64,000 nt of DNA from Cenarchaeum sp. (GTDB taxonomy: Archaea; Thermoproteota; Nitrososphaeria; Nitrososphaerales; Nitrosopumilaceae). Below the pieces are notes generated by a model. It was not told where the DNA came from and searched no databases. It worked only from the letters and a program-made list of their open reading frames with translations. Location of the stretch: NCBI GenBank assembly GCA_965206845.1, contig OZ242221.1:928001-992000 (forward strand), in the 5' to 3' direction. Shown here one piece after another: positions 38,671 through 47,339 of the stretch. Every line of letters starts with the position of its first letter. The first letter of the stretch is position 1. Both the position numbers and the translations under genes were made by a program.

Positions 38671-40578
38671 CTACTCCCGCCGGTTCACCTTTGTTATGTG
38701 GCTCTTTCCTGCCGGCAGCACCCGGAGAAAGTCATCCACGCTGAACCGTGCCGCCGCGTCCTCGTTGATCTTTATGAACTCGCTCCGTAACCTCTTTGCA
38801 ATGTCGGCAGGCTCCGAGCCGCCGGGCTCGATCACCGCATGCCACAGGGAGTTCTTCCTCACCGCATCGGCCGGCCCGCACTCCAGCAGGTACTCCCCGT
38901 TTCTCTCGAGCATTCCTACGCCAAGCTTCAGGGTCGGCACCCGGACAAAGTTGCGCTGCCCGCCGATGCTAAACGATCCCCTTGGAAGAAACTGCCCGCT
39001 GGGAGCCGCCTTCTTTACCTGGTCTGGCTCCACCCAGTAGGAGCTGGCGCCATACATGGCCTCCCTCCAGGCCCTGCTGAAGCAGACCGTTGCGTGCGCC
39101 ACCTCGTTTATGCTGACAGGCGACGCGCTCTGGCCATCCTTGAGGACAAAGAACGGCGAGCCGAACACCTCTGCGTGGAACACCCTGTCGCCGCTACCTA
39201 TGTGCTTTCGTACGATGGACGAGTTTGAGGACGCGTCCCTGCCCCCCACGGCCAGGTTTCCGTCGGATGTGAAGAACCACCTGTATCTCTCAAACCAGTT
39301 CTTCTTCCTGATGTTGGCATACCCGACGGACTCCTGAACGCCCTGCGCCTGGTTCTTGAGCCGGGCAATCTCCCGCTCCGTCTTTCTCTTTTGCTTCTCT
39401 ATGGTGGGTACCGCAGCGGACTGCTTCTTTGCCTCATCAAACAGCGTCGAGGCTATGGCGGGAAGGGACGAGCTGGGATCAATCCTGATCTTCTCGTCAA
39501 GAATCTTGATTATCGTGGAGCCACGCTCGCTTGCAAGCTGGACATCCAGCCTCTTCAACTCGGCCTCGGCGCGCGGTTCCCTTATGGAGAACGTGCCCTG
39601 TGAGACCAGCGCAAAGAGCAGCCTTGCCACGCCGGATATTGCATCTGACCGCTCCTGTACAAGCCGTATTGCCCCGTTCTGCTCGTTCAGTCTGCTCTCC
39701 AGCTGCGCAATCTTGCCGCTCTCGGTCGCAGTCTTTGCCGACCTTGCCTCCTGGAGTATCTTCTCCGTAAATATGAGATCAAGGCCCCGGTCAAAGCTGG
39801 GCACCGGCTCGAGCTCGTCTGGCACGGCGACCCTGATGGGGCAGGCCTCGGGCCTTGCGCCTCTTATTATGACGGGATCGTGCCTGCCGCTGCCCACCTC
39901 ACCGACGATCCCGCGCACGGCATCAAATATAGCCTCCCGCTGGCGTGCCGCAAGCTCTCTTCCGGGCAGGGTGGAGTCGATTCTGGCGCGCCCAAACACC
40001 TCCTTGATGTATCTGGCTGGCAGCCCCAGGCTTCTTCCCACCCATTTGCCGCAGCCGAGATCGGAGTTCTGAATCTCGTCTATCTGACCTTGGGACAGCT
40101 CGAACACGTTCAGCCCGTTCTGCGGGGGAGGGGCGTACGTCGAGCCCACCCTGAGCGTGCGGTGTCGCACCTCCAGGGAGTGCTGCAGTGCCAGGATCTT
40201 CATCTCCTTGCTGCACAGTATGATGTTTCCGTCGCCGAAGAACTCGGCCACCACCACAAACTCCCTCTCAAAGCCCCCAAACGACAGGTATGCTATTCTC
40301 TCGGTTCCCACCTGCCGGATCCCGGTTATCTTGAGCCTGAGCAGGTCGTCCCTCAGGCGCCGCGTCATCCTGTGGAGCTCGATCTGATCGATCTTCACCT
40401 CGGTGACCCACATGCCAAACGTGGTAAGCATCAGAAAGATGTCCGGCTGGTCCGGGTGGTGCAGCTTGAAGAGGATGCTGTCCCTTGTGATTCCATATAT
40501 GTTGCTCACATAGTATCCCGCGATCTTCTCTGAGATCGAGTCCACCAGATAGCGCAGCTCTATGCCTGCCAGTCCCAT
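38671..40578 (-). CDS. rqcH: NFACT / Rqc2 (RqcH) ribosome quality-control protein
   Basis: AEFFGDGNIIL, WFERYRWF, GGRDA..N, PSGQFL.RGSF. Confidence 0.9.
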   Translation of the reverse strand: MGLAGIELRYLVDSISEKIAGYYVSNIYGITRDSILFKLHHPDQPDIFLMLTTFGMWVTEVKIDQIELHRMTRRLRDDLLRLKITGIRQVGTERIAYLSFGGFEREFVVVAEFFGDGNIILCSKEMKILALQHSLEVRHRTLRVGSTYAPPPQNGLNVFELSQGQIDEIQNSDLGCGKWVGRSLGLPARYIKEVFGRARIDSTLPGRELAARQREAIFDAVRGIVGEVGSGRHDPVIIRGARPEACPIRVAVPDELEPVPSFDRGLDLIFTEKILQEARSAKTATESGKIAQLESRLNEQNGAIRLVQERSDAISGVARLLFALVSQGTFSIREPRAEAELKRLDVQLASERGSTIIKILDEKIRIDPSSSLPAIASTLFDEAKKQSAAVPTIEKQKRKTEREIARLKNQAQGVQESVGYANIRKKNWFERYRWFFTSDGNLAVGGRDASSNSSIVRKHIGSGDRVFHAEVFGSPFFVLKDGQSASPVSINEVAHATVCFSRAWREAMYGASSYWVEPDQVKKAAPSGQFLPRGSFSIGGQRNFVRVPTLKLGVGMLERNGEYLLECGPADAVRKNSLWHAVIEPGGSEPADIAKRLRSEFIKINEDAAARFSVDDFLRVLPAGKSHITKVNRRE

Positions 40579-40624
40579 AAACAGCAACCGACGCACCCGC
40601 ATTATACTTTTACTCATGCTTGAT

Positions 40625-40796
40625 CCGTGTTGGGCCGAAACGCGCACGATACCTGATGGAGAGTTAGGTTGGGCATGGGCCAAACTCTCACATTCCGTCG
40701 TATCTGTCATCATTTGTGCCTAAATCTACACGGAGTGGACAGAGATATCCAGGTAGAACCACTCTCCCAATCAAACTGTAGTGACTTAACCTCTTA
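40625..40796. mobile_element. MITE-like element, family A copy 2
   Basis: ggttgggcatgggccaaac...tttgtgcctaaatct.cacgga.tgg.caga.atatcc shared with 6777-6870; right end aligns mostly through transitions; left end approximate. Confidence 0.65.
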
Positions 40797-40859
40797 CCGC
40801 GGCAGCGCGCGACTAAAGATTTTAAACAAGGCGCATTAAACTCACTCTAGAAACTTACA

Positions 40860-41417
40860 TTGGCCAAATTTAAGAAAAAGAGATCCAAACCGACAGGTGG
40901 CCCAGAGGACTCTAAAAAAGAGATAAAAGACACCGCTGCCGACAAGCCGGCAGACGATGCCGACTCGACGCCGCCAACCGAGGAGATAGACGCACTGCCG
41001 CCCGAGAAGATAGACGCACTGCCGCCCGAGAAGACAAGGCTGCCCCCGCCGTTGCGATCCAAAAAAGGCCACATAGTCTCCGTGGCCGAGGCGGCCGAGA
41101 CAAAAAGGAAGATGGATCGGCTCTTCTGGATGCGCGTGGTTCTTTCCGTGATTGCCGGGGCGTCTGCCACATTCCTGTTCGAGTCCATCGAGGATGTAGA
41201 GGAGAAGAGGTGGACCTCCATCGGGTTTATGATAGCGGTGTTCATCGTGTCGGTGATCATTGCCAAGAGCATGAAGATCCGGCTTCCCTCTGGCAGAAAG
41301 AAGCTGATAACAAACGGCCTTGGCAGCTTTGTGTTCCTCTACCTGTTTGTGTGGATTGTCACGTACACGCTTGTGAACTCTGGATCCGGCGGCGGCTTTG
41401 TCACGCCTGTCATATAG
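40860..41417 (+). CDS. Membrane protein (EMC6-like 3-TM domain) with low-complexity N-terminus
   Basis: Three C-terminal TMs; family assignment tentative. Confidence 0.65.
   Translation: MAKFKKKRSKPTGGPEDSKKEIKDTAADKPADDADSTPPTEEIDALPPEKIDALPPEKTRLPPPLRSKKGHIVSVAEAAETKRKMDRLFWMRVVLSVIAGASATFLFESIEDVEEKRWTSIGFMIAVFIVSVIIAKSMKIRLPSGRKKLITNGLGSFVFLYLFVWIVTYTLVNSGSGGGFVTPVI
40984..41034 (+). repeat. 24-bp tandem duplication (IDALPPEK x2)
   Basis: agatagacgcactgccgcccgaga twice in tandem. Confidence 0.9.
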
Positions 41418-41423
41418 GGCTAC

Positions 41424-42017
41424 ATGATGTGGGACCACAAGACGCCGGGGATTCCGGACTCGGAGTTTGAGCGGGCCGAACGCGTCCCCATAACAAAGGA
41501 GGAGGTCAGGGCCATCCAGATCAGCAAGGCAAGGCTAAACTCCGGGGATACCGTATATGACGTCGGCTGCGGGAGCGGCTCTGTCAGCGTTGAGGCGGGC
41601 CTGCAGGTGGAGGGGCGCGGCCGGGTCTTTGCCATAGACGTCGATCCCGACGCGGTCACGCTCACAAAGCGGAACCTGGCAAGGTTTGCGGTCGGCAACG
41701 CCTCGGTCATACTGGGCAACGCGCTGGACAAGATTGCAGGCCTGCCTGCCGCGGACAGCATATTTGTCGGCGGTACCGGCGGCGACACGGCAGACATAGT
41801 AACGCTGTGCGAGGAGCGGCTGAAGGCGGGCGGACGGATCGTCATAGGCGTAATCCAGATAGAGACGTTGGCAGCAGTGCTGGGCGTACTGGATCGGCTT
41901 CGGTTCGAGTCGGTTGACGTAACGCAGGTCACGGTGGCAAAGAGCAGGAAGACGTCCACCGGCACGATGATGCTGGCAAGAAACCCGGTTACCATAATCT
42001 CTGCCACCAGGGCATAG
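41424..42017 (+). CDS. cbiT: Cobalt-precorrin-6B C15-methyltransferase
   Basis: PGIPD..F, PITKEEVRA, DVGCGSGSVS, ARNPV. Confidence 0.92.
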   Translation: MMWDHKTPGIPDSEFERAERVPITKEEVRAIQISKARLNSGDTVYDVGCGSGSVSVEAGLQVEGRGRVFAIDVDPDAVTLTKRNLARFAVGNASVILGNALDKIAGLPAADSIFVGGTGGDTADIVTLCEERLKAGGRIVIGVIQIETLAAVLGVLDRLRFESVDVTQVTVAKSRKTSTGTMMLARNPVTIISATRA

Positions 42018-42140
42018 CCCCACATCCTGCAGGATCGTGTCCATCCCGGCTGGATGCGGCTCTGCGGCCACCAGGCCCCTGCGTCCGGCAGGCGGCTTCC
42101 ACTCTCTAACTTTTATTAGGAATTGTGACATCGGAGCTGG

Positions 42141-42860
42141 ATGCATGAGCTAGTCGCCGTTGGTTGCGGTCCGGGCGATCCTGACCTGCTGACCGTCAAG
42201 GCGGTAAACGCGATACGGGGCGCCGATGTTATCGCGTGTCCCACAGCCCGGGAGGGAAAGCCGAGCATTGCACTGGCCGCCGTCTCCCCGCTGATAGACC
42301 AAGGCCGGCAGAGGATACTGCAACTCGTCTTTCCCATGACAAAGGACCGGGCAGTGCTGGAGGAGACGTGGAGGAGAAACTCCCAGATCCTTGCCGATGC
42401 CGTCCTGACGGGCCGGAGGGTCGTGTACCTTACCATAGGAGACCCATACCTGTACAGCACGTGGATATACCTGCACCGCGAGCTGAAGGAGAGGCACCCG
42501 AAGATCAGGATATCTGTCATTCCCGGCATCGTCTCGATGTTTACGTTTGCGTCAAAGGTGGGCATCAGCCTAGCGGAGGGCGCCGAGAAGATGTCAGTCA
42601 TTCCCTCGTGCTATAACCTTGATGCTGTCAAAGAGATCGCAAGGAACTCAGACACGCTGGTCTTCCTGAAGGACGGAAGGTACTTTGATCAGGTAGTCAC
42701 GCTGCTGAGGGAGGCGGGTTTTGCCGACAGCTCGATATTTGCAATAGGCCAGGATCTGGGCACCGAGCACGAGATCATCAGAAGGCTCACCCTGGGCGAG
42801 GCCGACACCTCCGCCTTGACTACCAAATACTTCTCCATACTGGTGGTAAAGCGTGCCTAA
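42141..42860 (+). CDS. cbiL: (Cobalt-)precorrin-2 C20-methyltransferase
   Basis: GCGPGDPDLLTVKA, FPMTKD, TIGDPYLYST, YFS. Confidence 0.9.
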   Translation: MHELVAVGCGPGDPDLLTVKAVNAIRGADVIACPTAREGKPSIALAAVSPLIDQGRQRILQLVFPMTKDRAVLEETWRRNSQILADAVLTGRRVVYLTIGDPYLYSTWIYLHRELKERHPKIRISVIPGIVSMFTFASKVGISLAEGAEKMSVIPSCYNLDAVKEIARNSDTLVFLKDGRYFDQVVTLLREAGFADSSIFAIGQDLGTEHEIIRRLTLGEADTSALTTKYFSILVVKRA

Positions 42861-43626
42861 GGTCTACTTTGTGGGGTGCGGGCCGGGAGACCCGGAGCTG
42901 ATCACCGTAAAGGCAAAGAGGCTGATCCAGCAGGCAGACACGGTGGTGTACTCGGGCTCGCTGGTTCCAGAGCCGATAATGGAGTTCTGCCGTGGCGCAG
43001 ATCTGCACGATGCGTCGGGCCTAGTACGCGAGGAGATATTTGACATACTGCGCGGCAGCGCAAAGAAGGGCAAGCTCGTGGTGCGCCTGCACGACGGCGA
43101 CCCTACGATATACGGCGCCATAAGGGAGCAGATGGACGGCCTCGCAGGCGAGGGCATCGAGTCGGTGATAGTCCCCGGGGTTACGTCGTTTCTTGCATCT
43201 GCTGGCGCCCTAGGGGCCCAGCTCACGCTGCCGGGCGTGACCCAGACCATAATCATCACCCGCGCCGAGAAGCGCACCCGGGTGCCCGAGCGTGAAAGGA
43301 TCTCCGAGCTGGCAAGGCACCAGGCAACCATGGTCTTCTACCTCAGCGTTCACCTCCTCAATGACATTGTGCGGGATGTGATCGGCGGCGGATACACCGA
43401 GTCGACGCCGGCGGCGGTGGTCTACAGGGCCAGCTGGGAAGACCAGAAGGTCATCGTGGGCACCCTGGCGGACATTGCAAAAAAGACGAGGGCGCACAAG
43501 ATTACAAAGACTGCCATCGTGATCATAGGCCAGGTCATCAACCCAGAGTCGTACGAGTACTCCAGGCTCTATGACAAGTCGTTTGGCCACGGCTACCGGA
43601 AGGCAAGACCCGTCACAGAGCGATAG
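42853..43626 (+). CDS. cbiF: (Cobalt-)precorrin-4 C11-methyltransferase
   Basis: VYSGSLV, RLHDGDP..YGAIREQ, SRLYDKSF.HGYR. Confidence 0.93.
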   Translation: MPKVYFVGCGPGDPELITVKAKRLIQQADTVVYSGSLVPEPIMEFCRGADLHDASGLVREEIFDILRGSAKKGKLVVRLHDGDPTIYGAIREQMDGLAGEGIESVIVPGVTSFLASAGALGAQLTLPGVTQTIIITRAEKRTRVPERERISELARHQATMVFYLSVHLLNDIVRDVIGGGYTESTPAAVVYRASWEDQKVIVGTLADIAKKTRAHKITKTAIVIIGQVINPESYEYSRLYDKSFGHGYRKARPVTER

Positions 43627-44377
43627 GGTCGGCGCGGCAGTCCATTCCCAGCGCCGCCAGCTTGCGCGAGAACGCCCCTGCGTCCCCGGACGCAAAGATC
43701 CTAAGCGGGCCCTGCGTCGGGGCGCTCCCGACTCTGGCACCGGCCTGCCGGGCCACATCGTCGGCCGGATCAAGAAACCTCACATCGGGAAACTCTGCCT
43801 CCATCATCCCCCTTAGGAACGGCAGGTGGGTGCTTGACAGCGTGGCCGTGTCGATGCCGCCCTGCCCAAGGCGGTCGGCCAGAACCCGCGAGATCTCCCT
43901 CCGGCAGCGCGGCGCATCCAGCACAAAACCGCCCGACTCCACCAGCCGGATCAGGGGGCTGCAGTTGACGGGCAGGACGGAGATCCCCTCCGGCAGGCGG
44001 CACCCCTCTATGTACCGGCGCAGCTCCGGGCCTGCGGCGACTGATTCGGTTGTGAGGACCGCAACGTTGCCGGTCCCGGTCATACCGGCCGCCCGGCTCA
44101 GTGGCGGATGCACCCCCAGCGTCCTGTCATCAAGGATCTCCGGAAGCAGCAGGGACGGCGTGTTGGAGCCCACTATTACAAGATCCGGCTTGAAGAGTCT
44201 CCGCAGGCCCGCTATGGTTCCCGTGATGATCCGCCCAAGCTCCGCACGGGTCTTGGTTCCGTATGGAAAGCTGTCGGTATCCGCATAGTATATGATCTCC
44301 GAGCGGAGCGTCCGTCGAAGGGGCCCGATAACGGACAGGGAGCCAAGTCCCGAATCAAAGATCGCTATTCTGGGCAT
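43613..44377 (-). CDS. murI: Glutamate racemase-like protein (catalytic Cys replaced by Ser)
   Basis: FDSGLGSLSV, FPYGTK; SNT and SSTH where MurI has CNT and GCTH. Confidence 0.8.
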   Translation of the reverse strand: MPRIAIFDSGLGSLSVIGPLRRTLRSEIIYYADTDSFPYGTKTRAELGRIITGTIAGLRRLFKPDLVIVGSNTPSLLLPEILDDRTLGVHPPLSRAAGMTGTGNVAVLTTESVAAGPELRRYIEGCRLPEGISVLPVNCSPLIRLVESGGFVLDAPRCRREISRVLADRLGQGGIDTATLSSTHLPFLRGMMEAEFPDVRFLDPADDVARQAGARVGSAPTQGPLRIFASGDAGAFSRKLAALGMDCRADPIAL

Positions 44378-44385
44378 AATCACAA

Positions 44386-44560
44386 GGGAATTATATACAT
44401 TAGTGTACAGCACCCATGCCTTTTTCTGGCGCTCTTGCATTGCCTCCCACGCTTGGCTCTCGCGTGCTGTTTGCGGAACGCGCGGGAGCAATCCCGCGCC
44501 GGCTTCTCGCGCCTTCAGACGACCATCCCGGCCGCCCTGCCGTCGCTTTCACGGCAATAT
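44386..44560 (-). ncRNA. Putative omega-RNA (reRNA) scaffold overlapping the tnpB 3' end
   Basis: Position expected for TnpB guides; hairpins gcgcggga-ttgc-tcccgcgc (44480-44499) and cacgc-N9-gcgtg, the latter retained in the 10659 derivative; boundaries inferred. Confidence 0.5.
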
Positions 44561-46097
44561 TATACGCGGCATTTACGTCCGCGTTGACGTCATTGTCACA
44601 GTTGTAATTGGTGCACCGGAACCTGTCCTGCGATATGCGGGATTCCTTGTCACTGTGGCCGCACCTGTGGCATGTTATGCTGGTGCCCTTGGGGTCCACC
44701 ATTACCACGATCACGCCGGCATTGGCGCACGCGCCCTTGATCAATCGTTGGAACGTGCCGGGCCTTGAGTAGGCCATCTCCCTGTTTAGTCCCGTCTTGG
44801 CGGAGCTTCCCCTTCCCTTGGCGCCCGCGGTCATGTTCACGAGGTTGAGATCCTCCATGGCCACCGTTCCGGCGCCGTCCGCTATCCTCTTGGAGGCGTG
44901 TCGCTCCCAGTTCGTCTGGCGGTTGGCAATCTTTTCCCTCTTTTTCCGGATCTTCCTGTGCAGCTCCTTGTAGCTTCTTGACTTGGTCTTCCTCGGCTTG
45001 TCCCTGTTGCGGCCGCTCGTGTTGTTGCTGCAGCCGCTGCCGCCAGTGCCGTTCCCACCGTCCGCGCTCTTGCTCCCGCCGTCGGAACCTTCCTTGGAAT
45101 CCTGTTTGGTGCGCCTGTTGCCGCGCCCCCCGCGCTTCTGAGAGAGCTCCGAGTACATCTTCGATATGTCGTCGTCCTTTGCCCTCCTGCAGTCATTTGG
45201 GAGGTCGTGGAACTTGTGGCTGCCGGTGCCAAGGTCGACGGTGGCGACGCCGTGGACTATGCCCATGTCGATGCCCCTTATGACCGCGGACTCGGACGGC
45301 TCCGGCGCCTTTATCCTGATCTGGATGTGGAGCCGGTACGTCCTGTTGTGATTCTTAGTGCGCTTCGTGGTCCTCTTGGTCGTCTCGACGAGCTGGAAGG
45401 AGCGCATGTCAAGGTCCTTAACGTCGCCGTGCACCCTCACCATGCCTATGCCGGGAAGGTGCAGCATGCCGTTGCCCTTGTAGACGGGCTTCTCAAAGAC
45501 CGAGAGTGACTTCGCTTCCCCCTTCATGCTGAACAGGGAATCCCTGTGGGTCCATTTGTTCCTCTTGTTGCTCCACTTGTTTGAGGGTAAATTTACAGCG
45601 GTGTCGATGTCCTTGACGCCCTCCTTTTCCCGGTCCCGCCTGGCCAGGTACTTCCACAATGACTTGTTGCGGCGCTTTTTGCCGTTTGATATTACGAACT
45701 TTTGAACGGCGTCCAGGCCCAGCAGGAGCCCCGCCCTCTGCACCATGCAGCTGCAGGCCTCCTTGCGTCCAGCGGCCAGCGCCTCCTTGTCATGGACCAG
45801 CCACCCGTTTGCGTCCCTCCATTTGGTGAGCATCTTGTTGAGGTCGAACTTGGTTGTCCTCGGGTCGTTGAGCTTCTCCCTGACGGCCATGTTGAACGCC
45901 CACCTCTGCGGGTCCATGTGGCGCGATATGAGATCCGACAGCTCCGCCGACTGGTCAAAGTCCACCTTTATGTTGCGTATCATGGCGCCATCCATTAGGC
46001 GCCTTGACCACTTTTTTGGCGCCGGCTCGGTTGCGGCTGCCGTTGCATCCGCCTGCTCCGTTGCCACTGCTGCCGCCTCCGCCATGATGGGTTTCAT
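44400..46097 (-). CDS. tnpB: RNA-guided endonuclease TnpB family protein (~565 aa)
   Basis: RuvC-I GIDMG, RuvC-II AMEDLNL, VDPKGTSITCHRCG Zn ribbon, FRC...C, RuvC-III NADVNAAYNI; start codon uncertain. Confidence 0.92.
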   Translation of the reverse strand: MKPIMAEAAAVATEQADATAAATEPAPKKWSRRLMDGAMIRNIKVDFDQSAELSDLISRHMDPQRWAFNMAVREKLNDPRTTKFDLNKMLTKWRDANGWLVHDKEALAAGRKEACSCMVQRAGLLLGLDAVQKFVISNGKKRRNKSLWKYLARRDREKEGVKDIDTAVNLPSNKWSNKRNKWTHRDSLFSMKGEAKSLSVFEKPVYKGNGMLHLPGIGMVRVHGDVKDLDMRSFQLVETTKRTTKRTKNHNRTYRLHIQIRIKAPEPSESAVIRGIDMGIVHGVATVDLGTGSHKFHDLPNDCRRAKDDDISKMYSELSQKRGGRGNRRTKQDSKEGSDGGSKSADGGNGTGGSGCSNNTSGRNRDKPRKTKSRSYKELHRKIRKKREKIANRQTNWERHASKRIADGAGTVAMEDLNLVNMTAGAKGRGSSAKTGLNREMAYSRPGTFQRLIKGACANAGVIVVMVDPKGTSITCHRCGHSDKESRISQDRFRCTNYNCDNDVNADVNAAYNIAVKATAGRPGWSSEGARSRRGIAPARSANSTREPSVGGNARAPEKGMGAVH

Positions 46098-46661
46098 TAC
46101 GCATTCAATATGCCATGCGCATAAAAACACCGCGACAACACTATCATTAGTGTGCAGACCATGCTGACCGTCCGCACTGTCATATCCATCGTTTCCGCCG
46201 CGCCTGTCCGCGCGGTTCCGGCCGCCACGGTGCGGCGCCGGCACCCGCTGGAACGGCCATCATGGCGGAAGGCCCGAAAAGGACGGGTTTTGGCCGCTTT
46301 TGAATGCAGTTCCCGCCTTGCAATGCCGGACCGGTCCGGGACGGCGCCTTAAATACGGATCCGGCATTTGCCCGCGTGAAAGGCGCGACCAGACCGCCGC
46401 CTTCCTGGGCTTTTGCCTGCCTCGGGATGCCTGCCGGCGCCGGAAAACCCGGGACAGCCATCGGCCAGTCATGAACCGGGAAGACCGGTCTGCGGACCGC
46501 ATTATCGGCCTGGACGGGAGGCCCCGGACATGCGGCGGCGGCTGTTCACTTAACTATATAATTCCCAATCACAACACATTCTGGTTTTGTTAGCTAAATT
46601 TAGTCTAGGGTTGATCTAAATATACCCCTCTCATTAAGAGTGCAATACTAGACTGCCAATT

Positions 46662-47309
46662 ATGCCAAGCTTTGATAAGAACTGGGCCCGGCAGGACGCT
46701 CCAAGCGTGACTGAGAAACTACGTGGCGCAGTTACAGCCGAAGGCGCACTCAAGCCCAGGATTCAGGGAGCTGTAAACAAACTTCAGGTTCAGATATCCA
46801 AGATGGATTCGATGCTGGGAAAGCTGCGGGAGAGAGACTCGAGGCTGTTTCAGAGAATCGTCGTTGCCATGCAGCAGCACGACACCGGCGCAAGCAGGGT
46901 GCTCTCAAACGAACTGGCCGAGATCCGCAAGGTTTCAAGAATGCTAGGCAACGCAAGGATGTCGCTGGAGCAGGTTCAACTGCGATTGACGACCATTCAC
47001 GACCTAGGTGATGCCATGGTCGCGATAGGACCCGCGATGTCCACCATGAAGGGACTGAAGGCGTCTGTTGGCAAGTTCATGCCAGAGGCCGACTCGGAGC
47101 TTCAGGACATGACGCAGACCCTCAACGGCCTGATGTCAGACTCGCTGTCCGGAGAGGCGTTCAGCGGCATCGGATCAGAGGTCTCCACAGAAGAGACGGA
47201 CAAGATCCTGCAGGAAGCATCAGCCGTTGTAGAGCAGAAGATCGGGGACAAGTTTCCATCTGTTCCCTTCCACGGGCTTTCGTCAGAGGTTTCTACCAGT
47301 CTTGAGTAG
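46662..47309 (+). CDS. cdvB: ESCRT-III / CdvB (Snf7) cell division protein
   Basis: Coiled coil; NELAEIRK, LEQVQLRLTTIHDLGD, ILQEASAV. Confidence 0.9.
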   Translation: MPSFDKNWARQDAPSVTEKLRGAVTAEGALKPRIQGAVNKLQVQISKMDSMLGKLRERDSRLFQRIVVAMQQHDTGASRVLSNELAEIRKVSRMLGNARMSLEQVQLRLTTIHDLGDAMVAIGPAMSTMKGLKASVGKFMPEADSELQDMTQTLNGLMSDSLSGEAFSGIGSEVSTEETDKILQEASAVVEQKIGDKFPSVPFHGLSSEVSTSLE

Positions 47310-47339
47310 TGCCGTGACGAAAGAACTGTATTTTTTTAA

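Larger units (their letters stand above)
44386..46566 (-). mobile_element. TnpB-encoding element with 20-bp TIRs and 8-bp TSD; no transposase
   Basis: gggaattatatacattagtg (44386-44405) / cacttaactatataattccc (46547-46566); AATCACAA at 44378-44385 and 46567-46574. Confidence 0.88.
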
